The translations under genes were made by a program, and so were the position numbers. A stretch of 64,000 nt of DNA from Antedon mediterranea (Eukaryota > Animalia > Echinodermata), in the NCBI RefSeq assembly GCF_964355755.1, contig NC_092675.1, forward strand, positions 16,588,912 to 16,652,911. The letters are read 5' to 3'. A model generated the notes under the pieces. That model did not search any database. It had not been told where the DNA came from and saw only the letters and a list, made by a program, of their open reading frames with translations. Shown here piece after piece: positions 15,001 through 25,200 of the stretch; the stretch's first letter is position 1; each line of letters starts with the position of its first letter.

Positions 15001-18000
15001 ATGTATAATCGAAAGCTTCCCACTAGAATCAAAATCACCTTTACTATTCATCATTTATAAATAATAACTTTTACTAACCCTTCAGAATGCCACCCACCAT
15101 CTGAAGACAAAATTTCAAATTGACGACCTTTTGACAAAATAAAATTTAAAAATTAATGTTGAGGACAGAAAATGTGAAAATGTACCATATTTATTTGAAT
15201 ACACACCCTCGAATACATCCTCCTACAACACCCTCTCCTTACACCTCAAAATGCCCTCCTTAAATTAGGGGCGTTTATTCATTTCCTAGAAAATATGCCC
15301 TGCCACATGCATACACAATATTGTATTACAACACATTTCTATTTACAATAGAATTCATTACTTGACATGATCTACAATTTACCAGGCATTTTGATATCAT
15401 TGATACTATACTATAATTTATCACTTCTTTATATTAATTGTGTTGGTTTTTTTTTATATCTTGTGGGTATTTATTTGATTATATATGTTACCATATTACA
15501 CAAAAAAAATATAAAAAAATTAATAAATAAAAAAACCCCTGATCAATAAACATTTCATTCAGGGTGTTTATTCGAATAAATATTGTATATAATGTAAAGC
15601 TAACAAGAAAAGAACCATTTATCCTTCTATTACATGTTGAGCATTTGGAGTAATTACTCAATTAATTTTGTTGCTATTGTGAGATTTTAATGTTGAAGCA
15701 CAACAAAGCATACAGAACTACAATTTGCTACTAAATGATCAACAACACTATCAAACTTTGTCCATATATGGACATGATGATATCATATCACTATCATATT
15801 TGGGCATATCACTACTATATTTAGGTACATCACACTTTTTGTCAAACAAGTTTGATAGTGTAGACAGAGCTTAAAAACTAGAGGGCTTTAATACTAGACA
15901 TAAAGTACAGAAAATAAATAATCCACACCTTGTAAATTCAAATTTATTTACACATAATTCATAAAAAAGACAGTGATTAATTTGATATTGGTAATATTAG
16001 CCACATGTACCTAAATATACACAAAATAAAAATAAAATAAATAAGAATAATGTAATGACAGATTTATTCACTTGATCAAATGAGTTTATCATATGATAAA
16101 TCAACTGACTTTATTAAAGCGACTATACTGGATTTTTAAAAAAGCTTTAAATACTTTATTGGTTTTTTGTGGCATGAAAGCAAGTTAAAGCAAAAAAGGC
16201 CATGGTTTAAAAATAAAAACTATTACAAGAAGACAAAAGCATCCTCTTTAAATGCATTAGAATTGGCAGACTATATGTAGGCAAAATATTGGGTTTTTTT
16301 TCGTGGAATAGATCTTCCTTAAAACAAACGCTAAAAACCCTATTTTGTGTTCTATAAAAGGATATTAAACAATGTATTGCCTATCTGTTATTACCTACCC
16401 AGCTTACCTAATAATTTTTTAAAGAAGTTTACATTTTTGTAAAAAAATTCATAATCATAAATTTTGAGAAAATTACAATAACCACATATCGCTACATATC
16501 TCAGCTAGAAGTTGACAGCAATAAAGCAAATAACAATATATAAAAAAACACTTTTTAGGACATTACTTTTGAAATGAGTGCAACTGCAAAACACAGCACT
16601 ACCACAAGAAAACTTACCACAATCATAAAGATGGCTCAACATTTACATGAATGGACCAAAAAAAGACAAGACAATGAATTAAAAAAATATTTCATTACAA
16701 AATGAGTTTCAAAAATGTTTACTAATACCCTTTTCACACCTGCAAAAAGGAACAATTTGTAACAAGTAATCAGGTTTGCATATAGTGAATACAATTTTAT
16801 GAAAAATCTCCCGAGAATTCACAGAGGTCCCTTGTGAAATCTTGTGAGATTTTCCATAAAATTGTCTTCATTTCCTGAAGTGTTACTGCATGCGCGTGTG
16901 TTGTCCTGTTATCAAACTGACCAATCATAGTAATCAAATAGCACGCAACTATGCTTTCTTCTGAGATTTCTCACAGTTCGCATATGCGTGTACGAAAACG
17001 AGTAATAAATCGGGAGATCAAACCTTAACAAGTTGTATATATATATGCAATATATGCAGATGTGAAAAGGGTATAAGAGTTCAATTTCTTTTATAAATGT
17101 GTTTCACTTTCACCTAGTAATTAAAAACGTAAGTAAAAATAAGTTAAAAAGTTTGTAGTAGTTTAAGGGGAAAAAATTGGCTGCATACTGAAGTTGAGAA
17201 ATCTTTCCTTTTATAATGTAGTATATAATTGGTTCAACGTCTAACATGTCCAAAGGTAAAGAATTCTATGTACCATATCAATATTAGTATAAATGTTATA
17301 TATCAAACCTTTAATGTAGTCAATTTTAATGCCATCCAAGCCTTTCTGGAAATGCCACGATAAAAACGCCTGATGATACTGATTCATCTCAGTTTTTTTG
17401 GTCGGATCCTACAAAATATAAAAAATATTTATATTTTTCTCCAAATCTGAACATAATTCCTACTATTGATTTTATTTAGAGGTTTCACCTGATGATAGTG
17501 CTTAGTTGATGACAGTATTATATAGATTGTACCATTATTTATTGGGGTGTTATGAATTACACATTAGCTCAAATTCAGTTTATTTATGTAAGTAGGCCTG
17601 AAGTTCTGTACTTACAATTTCTGGACATTTTGACAGAAAAGCCCCAAACGTAGCCTGTGCAATAAACTGCATCAGTTCAGTGTGTGGTATGTAACCAAAG
17701 CTGCATTGTGGGTGATAACCTTTACCCACTTGGATAAATGAACATGCAATGGTGCTACTACGCATTTGATTCAGTAGTGAATTCATTGTAGGTACATCTG
17801 GCATTCCCATCACGCCATCAGTGATTATCACCATACCTATAAAAGACAGGTTGTTTCAATCAGTCATTGAAATAAATGTATCGAACAAACAGAAAAAAAC
17901 ACAGAACAGAACCTTTTGATTGTATGAAACAAAGAATACTAAAGCTTGTTCTACACTATCAAACTTTATGTGACAACAAAATGTGATGTGCTCATATATG

Positions 18001-21000
18001 GACAAGATGTCATATCACTACCATATTTGGGCACATCACACTTTTTTTATCAAACTAGTTTCATATTATGTAGCCAGCGCTTAAGATATCTATGGTATTT
18101 TAATTACAATAAAGGAATTTAACACGAAACTTGCTTTTAAGCATGGAGATTTTCTATGGCAATAGATCATTTATTTTTTCATCTGCTCAGCTTTGAAAGA
18201 ATTTGCCACAAGCTATTAAAGAGGTGATATAATCAATGTTTTTTTAAAAAGTCTTAAGCAACATCTCTTTACTTCTTATTTGGTAGGATAGGATATAGAC
18301 AGATGCCTTTTTTACTCAAGCTCCTATAGCTCTCATATGGAAGCTTTAAAGTGCTGGAGAGTGGAGTGGTTAAAATAGTTCCTCCGCTTCTTCATTTGTG
18401 TGTAAAGCGCTTAGAAACATTGTATTAGGCGCTATACAAGACTCAGGATTATCTAAAGCGTGATATACATGATGTGAAAACACTACATTTTTCACACCCG
18501 AATGTATTACTATCTTATTAGGCTCTGCCTAAATCAATTTTTTAACTCATGAAAATATTCTCCTGAGTCAACAAATCATAAATATCCACTATATGTTATT
18601 ATGTGTTTCAAGGGCCTACAAGTATACTACAGTGGTTATACTTACCAGCACTTGTGTTCTCTGGTAAGAGTTGGAGAGCAAGAATCCCATACCAAATCAT
18701 GTTGACAAGACCAATGTCAGGGGTCACCATTTCGGTCTTGCTTTGGCTACTTCTTTGGGTACACTCTTGTCCATCAGTGAAATGTACTGGATTCATGGTT
18801 ACTGATGCTTCACTTGGTTGCCATGTGTCAGAGGTACCTTCAGAGGGGAAAAATGATATTATACTTGATTGTATCATCATGTGTCATTTGGAACTAGCCC
18901 TATATAACGAAAAAGTGATATCTAATGGTGCTCTAATGCACATTTAGATTTCTGTAATTCTGTAAAATTGTTGCCATGCAACATTGTTGACTGATCACGT
19001 TCGGAAATCAACTTGTTATGTGCACTGTCTGTAACTGTTCTACTCCGTATCTAAAGTTGGAACACTGCTTTTTTAATGGTCTAGATTCCCGGCTAACTCA
19101 TAAACATCCATTATTTGTATAATAACATAAAAATCATGTGTAAAAACTTTTATAGAATATTCTTGTATACATTTTCATCTTGTCAGAGACAGTAATTTAG
19201 TGTGATTGTGATTTAAGCTCTGTCTACAAACTAGTTTTACAGTGTGATGTGTTTGTGTTTTGTTTTTCACATATTAGTTTGATAGTGTACATAAAGCTTA
19301 AGTAATAAAAATGTTACTTACTGTACAGCAGCATATCTAAAAATGTTTAATATACAAGACTTAAATGATAGCAATGACTGATTTAGCCCTATTTTCAGCT
19401 TGAATTTATAATCATTGAACTGCAATACTTCAAATGTCATTTTTCAAGAATGTCTTATAACATTATAACAAATGTCTATATGTATTAAATGGTATACCTA
19501 AAACTATTTTATCTTCATATTCTTCCAGTTTAAATTGGATATCCTCAAGAAAAGGCTCCAGATTCTCTTCAGTCAGTAAACAACCTTGCACTAGCACCTA
19601 TAAAGATCAGTATCAGTGTCTTATTTCATGGTTCAGTGGTGGAAATAAAATGGTTAACAAAATAAATTGCTGTTGAAAAATTATTGTATTTAATTAAAAT
19701 AGCCTATTCAAGAAACAAAAGTTCTTGGAAATAATTCAGAATCTTATCACCTATTTTCAGTATGGTATGACTTAATACGGTGATACCTGTAATATCTGCA
19801 ATATAGCTGTCTATCTCATTTCCATATTTAAATTTTGACATTTTTTGTTTTTCTTACCTGTTGTGTACAGAGAGCAGACAAAGGTGTGTATGCTATGACT
19901 GTTATGTAGATCTGTGGCTTTAGCAATAGCATGCTACCTGGAACAGTGAACTGAAAGAAGAGACAACAATTGATTTGCAGAGATTATTTGATTGATAAAA
20001 ACATTCCTAAAACAAATTAAAATCATATCCATAAATATGTGTGCATGACTTGATAAGAATTACATAATATATTTTATATTTTCCATATTAAATTTCAATT
20101 TGTTATTAAATGAAAATAAATAGTGGAGCTTACTGGTTGTATGAGTCCCTTTAGACAGTTTTTAAAACAGCGGAATATATCAATTAAACTGACTCGTCCT
20201 GACAATATATCCTGAAAATTGACAATACAAATTAAGAATTTAAAACATTTTTGAAGTAGGCCTTCTAATTAAACACCACTTTGATGTTTTCCTACGTCAG
20301 ATTGGCGAGATGTTATGAGGTCGATTGTGTGTTTTTTTTTATATTTGTTAGTTAGCAGGATTACTCAAAAAGTTACTGCCTAATTTTTAAAGATTTTAAA
20401 GGATGTATTCATAGCTGAGAACACGTAATTAAATTTTCATATGCCAAGGCGGAGGTTTGCGTTCTCTGAGTGTCCTTCTAGTTTGTTTTGTTTTCAGGTC
20501 CTTATAATCACTTTAACAATCAGAATTACAACTTGTTTTTGGCTCTTATATCCCTGTTTGATGTTATTAATGTGTTCTGTGGGCCTTGCCTACCACTACT
20601 AGTCGAGTATTTATGTTTTCTTACACAATTTAGGTGCAAATTTATTGTAGTAAATCTTTTTTAGTGATTTAACAACTGTCTAAACTATCAAACTTTATGT
20701 GACAAAAAAATGTGATGTGCTCATATATGGACATATCGCTAGACATATTTTTGTACATCACACCCTTTTTGGCAAAGTAGATGATAGTCTAGACAGAGCT
20801 TTAGAATGGTCTTACAACAGTTGCCATTGATGGGCTGATGTCTAGTACAGTGACAATCCTATAACGTCTTGCTAGGAAGTGCACATGACTGGTTGGTACA
20901 AGCTTGTACATCTTAACCTCTTCCTCCTTTTCCCTCTCTGGCGTCTCTTCATCATCATTAAGTCTATGCTTTTCCTTGGTATCTGTATTAGTTGGCTTCG

Positions 21001-21526
21001 GAATAATCGATAAAACTTCTAATTCTTCCGAGGATTTCAGCTAAATTGAAAAACAATTATAAAAGAGAATTTTTTAAAAGTTATTAAAGACTACTACAGC
21101 ATTATTAAGAATGGTGGATCACAAGTTATGGAATAAGATAAGATATTGATATTCATTTTATTTCAAGCACGACACAATGAAGTAAATTTACGTTGTAAAA
21201 CTAAGAAGAAATGCGAAACAGGGACAACCACAAAACTAGCAAAAAAGTACTGTAGGTAGTGGTTTCAATATACAAAAGTGAATACTGTATTATATGTTAT
21301 TCAATAACTGTCTCAAATGTAATGTAAATGTTGACAATTAATTTTTAATTAAATTAGCATCTATTATATCTGAGCTTTAAAAAAGACAATTTAAAATGTT
21401 TACTAGTTCATCTTCAGATTTCGCTTTGATCTGTTTATTAAGATTTCCAAAAAACCAATTCGCTCGGATGTTGCGAGAAATCCGGTATTCTTTTTTCATC
21501 AACAGGTACACCTCCTCAGCATCCAT
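1..21526 (-). CDS. SZT2: KICSTOR complex protein SZT2, N-terminal ~1840 aa (3' part beyond window start); 30 exons
   Basis: Exons 5'->3': 21404-21532 (in-frame ATG 21526; upstream exon 1 unresolved), 20816-21040, 20134-20211, 19858-19950, 19498-19597, 18646-18837, 17616-17836, 17309-17408, 15079-15100, 14554-14711, 13890-14118, 13268-13426, 12264-12329, 11909-11959, 11298-11453, 10684-10801, 9895-10100, 8876-9127, 8669-8747, 7831-8300, 7309-7474, 6591-6834, 5075-6000, 4828-4946, 4453-4687, 4028-4136, 3135-3386, 2758-2989, 2404-2485, <1-53. All introns are GT-AG and phases are consistent. Peptides match SZT2 motifs: [79 protein letters not shown]. Confidence 0.93.
93..1755 (-). mobile_element. 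Non-autonomous Helentron/HINE-like element, interrupted by a LINE
   Basis: On the minus strand it starts TTTACCTCCGCCAAGGAG and ends GGCGTAGGTATGCACTCTCGGAGTGGCTTTCTAGT (subterminal inverted repeat, hairpin, CTAG). Same architecture as 39397-39945. Confidence 0.65.
471..1478 (+). mobile_element. 5'-truncated non-LTR retrotransposon (CR1/L2/Jockey-group RT C-terminus, 3'UTR and A-rich tail)
   Basis: Uninterrupted ORF to 1250 with RT thumb motifs (LQRDI..ISEWS..NKL.LN..KC; [17 protein letters not shown]; [17 protein letters not shown]). AT-rich 3'UTR ends in (AAATA)n. Confidence 0.85.
1772..2075 (+). mobile_element. tRNA-derived SINE
   Basis: A-box-like GTGGCCAAGCGTTTAAGG and B-box-like GGTTCAGGACC, followed by a typical SINE body (TGCACTTTAAAGAACCC...AAGAGTAGGGG). 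Confidence 0.6.
3465..3813 (+). mobile_element. LINE (L2/CR1-like) 3' end remnant
   Basis: Peptide [14 protein letters not shown]....VNIFK typical of a LINE ORF2 C-terminus; 3' stem-loop, AATAAAG and (TAT)n tail. Confidence 0.6.
7555..7725 (-). mobile_element. CORE-type SINE remnant
   Basis: Shares actcccataatgcagc...ttaccaggtac...tcttgcctaagga with 9650-9845; reverse-complement B-box-like ttgaactcac. Confidence 0.5.
8442..8597. mobile_element. PIF/Harbinger-type MITE family A copy
   Basis: ~150-bp element; family consensus has TIR AGCTCTGTCTACACTATCAAACT, a TWA flank and an internal ATATGGACATGATG/CACTACCATATTTGGG core. Confidence 0.7.
9650..9845 (-). mobile_element. CORE-type SINE remnant (second copy)
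   Basis: Similar to 7555-7725; acacctgggtggagaaag...gtgtcttgcctaaaga...ttgaactcccgatctc. Confidence 0.5.
10367..10492. mobile_element. Small palindromic MITE
   Basis: ~30-bp inverted arms aggcactgttttaaaaaagcagagcttgtgc / gcacaagctctgctttttgaaaacagtgcct. Confidence 0.55.
13663..13852. mobile_element. MITE family A copy (degenerate 3' part)
   Basis: Perfect left TIR agctctgtctacactatcaaact plus core. Confidence 0.65.
14291..14543. mobile_element. Degenerate Tc1/mariner-type MITE with internal direct repeats
   Basis: Starts ta-cagtaagacctc; internal repeats of (g)gtgtcccctgaatag; degenerate right end aataggggttt. Confidence 0.45.
14812..14928. mobile_element. MITE family A copy
   Basis: Both TIRs present (agctatgtctaca / tgtagacagggct). 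Confidence 0.65.
15185..15585. mobile_element. pogo/Tigger-like MITE
   Basis: ta-ccatatttatttgaatacacaccc ... gggtgtttattcgaataaatattg-ta; imperfect TIRs with TA flanks. Confidence 0.55.
15746..15871. mobile_element. MITE family A copy
   Basis: Core plus perfect right TIR gtttgatagtgtagacagagct followed by taa. Confidence 0.65.
16728..17071. mobile_element. MITE with 17-bp TIRs
   Basis: ta-cccttttcacacctgca ... tgcagatgtgaaaaggg-ta. Confidence 0.6.
17943..18081. mobile_element. MITE family A copy
   Basis: taa-agcttgttctacactatcaaact...gtagccagcgct-taa. Confidence 0.65.
18240..18450 (+). mobile_element. L2-type LINE/SINE 3' end remnant
   Basis: Characteristic tgtaaagcgcttagaaacattgtattaggcgctata terminal stem-loop. 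Confidence 0.5.
19215..19278. mobile_element. MITE family A, internally deleted copy
   Basis: agctctgtctaca ... gtttgatagtgtacataaagct. Confidence 0.55.
20287..20481 (+). mobile_element. Short Helentron/HINE-like element
   Basis: 3' end GGCGGAGGTTTGCGTTCTCTGAGTGTCCTTCTAG-T, as in 39397-39945. Confidence 0.55.
20675..20800. mobile_element. MITE family A copy
   Basis: Core plus right TIR agacagagct-tta, ending ~15 nt from an SZT2 splice donor. Confidence 0.65.
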
Positions 21527-22039
21527 GTCTATCTGAAAAATAAATGGATGTTATGTTGTTAAATGCGCGATTTCATTTGTAATTGTAATTGGATTGCACA
21601 AGAAAAATTCTGGCAGACACTGTGGTGCGAAAGATCAGTACACCCCAGAAAACTTAGTAGATCAGACTCAAGCTCGCTAGCTACTAGGCTAGTCTACTAC
21701 TACTAGCTAGCTAGACTAGGCTAGGCCTAGTCTAGCTAGTTAGTCATAGTGGTAGTAATATTCTTTCTGATTTGTGTAGCCTTAGGCCTAGTAGTAGGCT
21801 AATTAATAATTTAAAAAGAGAGGCCGACTCATTCCTGTCTGTAAATTGTTTCAGCTTGGCCTAGGCTAGTTAGTTATCAAATATTGTTTATATATAACCA
21901 AGTTTGTCTACCTAGCCTACTATGCCTAGGTAATTCAAATCTGAACGTACTACCATAATTAATATTGTAAATCAGTTTTTAATTACAAGGCCTAAATAGG
22001 CCTAAACCACATCATTACGAAATCAAGGCACCATACCCA

Positions 22040-22232
22040 ACACTACTGCATATGCAGCAGCTAGCACAAAATAACATTCGTGCGCGAGTCGAGTGCAGTG
22101 TGTCGGCGGACACCATTAACGCGAACTTTGACCTCTCTTGTTATTTTTTTGTTGTGTCCTGTGCGAAACGGCCATTGTTTATAATATATTATCGTTAATT
22201 TCTCACACATTTTTGGACAACACAGTTTAATC
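22040..22232. promoter_or_regulatory. Putative bidirectional promoter shared by SZT2 and MED8
   Basis: Short, locally CpG-rich stretch (cgtgcgcgagtcgagtgcagtgtgtcggcgg...) between the divergent 5' ends. The MED8 ATG is at 22233 and the acceptor of the first visible SZT2 coding exon is at 21533. Exact TSSs are not determinable. Confidence 0.55.
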
Positions 22233-25200
22233 ATGCAGGTAATTGCACATAATGCCTGCAGCATAATGTGTAAATGTATATTATAGGTTTGAAAATAGGT
22301 GTCGAAAACCTTTTAATAATACAAAATCTAGGCCTAGGCCTAGGCCTATAGGACCAGGTAGGCCTAGCCTACTAGTTAGGCCTAGGCTAGGCCTAGGCCT
22401 ATTAGTAGTAGGGGTTATCAGACGATCGGGACCACTTTAAGACAATCGGGCCCATCAAGGGTGAAAGACGATCGGGCCCAGAGACGATCGGGCCCAACAA
22501 ACAAGACGATCGGGCCCAAAACATTCTTGGAAAATTTTTAAAAATAAATACGCGAATACAAACAACACAATAATAACAATCAAAATCAATCACATTTATT
22601 TGTAAATCGAGAGAATTTGTAAGAAATTCTTAAAACCAGTAGTCTTAAGACTTAATTAGCCTAGGGGAAAGTTATGATAAAATCAGAAAAAATCTAATTA
22701 ACCTTTTTAATTAAAATCTTAATTACGCAAGAAAAGCACGTTGACACTAGCATTAGGAATAAAAAAATGATGAAATGTGGCACATTATTTTATATAACAC
22801 AAAAGTCTATCGGGCCCAACGCAAGATGATCGGGCCCAACGCAAGATGATCGGGACCAACTGGTAAAACAATCGGGCCCAACATGGTTCTGAAAACACTG
22901 GACGATCGGGCCCAACTGGTATGACGATCGGGCTCAACGCTGAAGACGATCGGGACCACGTTTTCTGGGCCCTAATTAACACTATTGGTTTTAAGAATTT
23001 CTTACCAATACTCTCGATTTATGAATAAATGTGATTGATTTTGATTGTTATATTGTGTTGTTTGTATTCGCGTATTTATTTTTTTTTATTTTCCGAGAGT
23101 GTTTTGGGCCCGATCGTCTTATTTGTTGGGCCTGATCGTCTCTGGGCCCGATCGTCCGTTGTCCCGATCGTCTGATAACCCTATAGGCCAAACAAACAAA
23201 CAAACACACTTTTATTTTTTTAACAGCCAAATGTAGAGAAAGCATTTGAAACATCTTTGGAAGCAATCATCACTCGTGTTCAAGATCTGAAACACTCGAT
23301 CGGATCATTTATTCTCAAGTTAGAACATGAACACCAAATGCTTAATTGGTAAGTTAGTATTGTCTCAACCGTTTCAATTAAATATAAATGTGCAATTCTA
23401 TTTCTATTAAATCTTTTTAATTCTTGTTTATATGTATTTATATTTTAGGCCATCTGTACTTGACAGTTTTGCCTTGTTATCTAGTAAGTTTACCATTTAT
23501 TTTGTAATTAATTATTGTTTGTATTGTTGGATATCTGTCTGCTTCATTCTTTTTAAACAATCTTAATTATTCATTCATTTGTAACATTTATTTAGGTCAG
23601 ATAAACATGTTAAATAAGGTTCTAAAAAGTGAGAAGACTCCACCTCTTAGAAACTTGGTTCTGTTGCCCCTTGAACTATCATGTGATCGAGATGAAGAAC
23701 TTGAGGTATGTATCAACATCTTCTCATTGTTATCATTTACAGAATATGTTATATTTTTAATAAATTTAATTATTCATTTTTCAATCATTTTAGAAATTGA
23801 CAGAAGGAAGAGTAGCTGTATTTAATCATGATGTGGTACCAAACTATTTAAGAACCAAGCCAGAGCCTGATGTTGATGCCAAGAATCAACAAAACAAGTC
23901 TATTGCATCTCAAATCACTCCAGAACTAGCTCAGGTAACCTTACTTAGGTTATGTTCAGACTCGCTGTGTTAAGGTAATCCGTGGCGTTAAAAGCCAAGG
24001 TGTTTAGACACAACGATCAACATTCCAATGCCTTGCGTTTAAAACACTCTGATCAGGTCAAAGCAGATAGAACTATATGTATACATTCATGACAATGCAT
24101 GAAAGTTTACATAGTAAAATAGTTTTTTTTTTGTTATTTTTATTTATATAATGTTACCTTTAAAGATACTGATTTGTTCTTACTACTTGTAGAATTTCAT
24201 TTTAATTCAAAATAATTTAAAATGTAATTATTACATGGACAATTATCTGAATATCATATCACTGACGCCAACTTTACTATTCTTTAAAATTAAAAACCTG
24301 AAAATATGTTTGACATAGCTGGTGACTTCACTGTCGTATACTAGGGTATGTAGTTGCTGTTTGCTAATCGTGGTCATGTCTTTTCAATGGTTAAGGTTAA
24401 AATCACTGATGGCATCAGTGATTTTAACACTGGATTAGCGTTATTAAATCTACCCTCTCCTGCTAGGGTTATTAACGCCATCTGCGGCCTAGTTCAGACA
24501 CAAAAATATGTGCGCCGCTTACATAACGCCACCTTAACGCCGTGAGTCTGAACATACCCTTACAAAAACGCTTAAACTACAAATTAAAAGTGATCACTTG
24601 TGTGTAATAATGTGACGACCGACGACCAACCTAGATCAGGTCAATTGATGTGTCGGCGGTCGTCACCTGGACCTATAAACCATCAAACCTGTTTCGAGGT
24701 GAGGACATACATGCCAATATCGCATATCTAACATGATCATCAGTTGTCACAAATTGAAAGCTCCCTAATGTACAGTAATGTCTAATTTTATGTGTGTCTG
24801 ATTTGTTGCCTGGGAAAGCATCTTGTGTGGTCTGGAGATATAGTTATGATATACAGATTCAATCTCCTCCTGTGTTAATAGTTAAGGAGTCTTCAAATTA
24901 TTCAAGTCAATAGTGATAATGCTAATAAAATAATGATTATAGTAATACCAGTAGTAAAAACCTGAGAATTATATTACATTGTTATAATGAAAACAATTGT
25001 TATTCCAGAAACAAATCACAAGTTTAAATAAGATCACTGCACGGTTGTTGGATAACTTGAATAATGCAAAAGAAGAATGGGACACAGACTCAAGTAGTAA
25101 GTATTGTAGTTCACGAATAATAATTATACCAAATTTAGGCAGTGTTTCTGCAGACTTCAGCAAGGCCTTTGACTCGGTCCCTCATCAGCGACTTCTACAT

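Noticed and set aside
16567-16634. Two candidate 17-nt SZT2 microexons
   Set aside because: Either one breaks the phase needed by the flanking exons; the 22-nt exon at 15079-15100 alone restores the frame.
21951-21956. Candidate SZT2 coding exon 1 (ATG GTA|gtacgt)
   Set aside because: In frame, but the donor is weak and an alternative non-coding donor at 22037 is equally plausible. Left unresolved.
22121-22135. DR1-like nuclear receptor motif (GCGAACTTTGACCT) in the bidirectional promoter; NRF1-like TGCGCATGTG near 51431
   Set aside because: Single short imperfect matches cannot be supported without conservation or ChIP data.
22421-22960. Regularly spaced GACGATCGGGCCCA repeats resembling a CRISPR array
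   Set aside because: Eukaryotic intron; the repeats are short, the spacers are ~5-25 nt and irregular, there are no cas genes, and they lie inside a TIR element.
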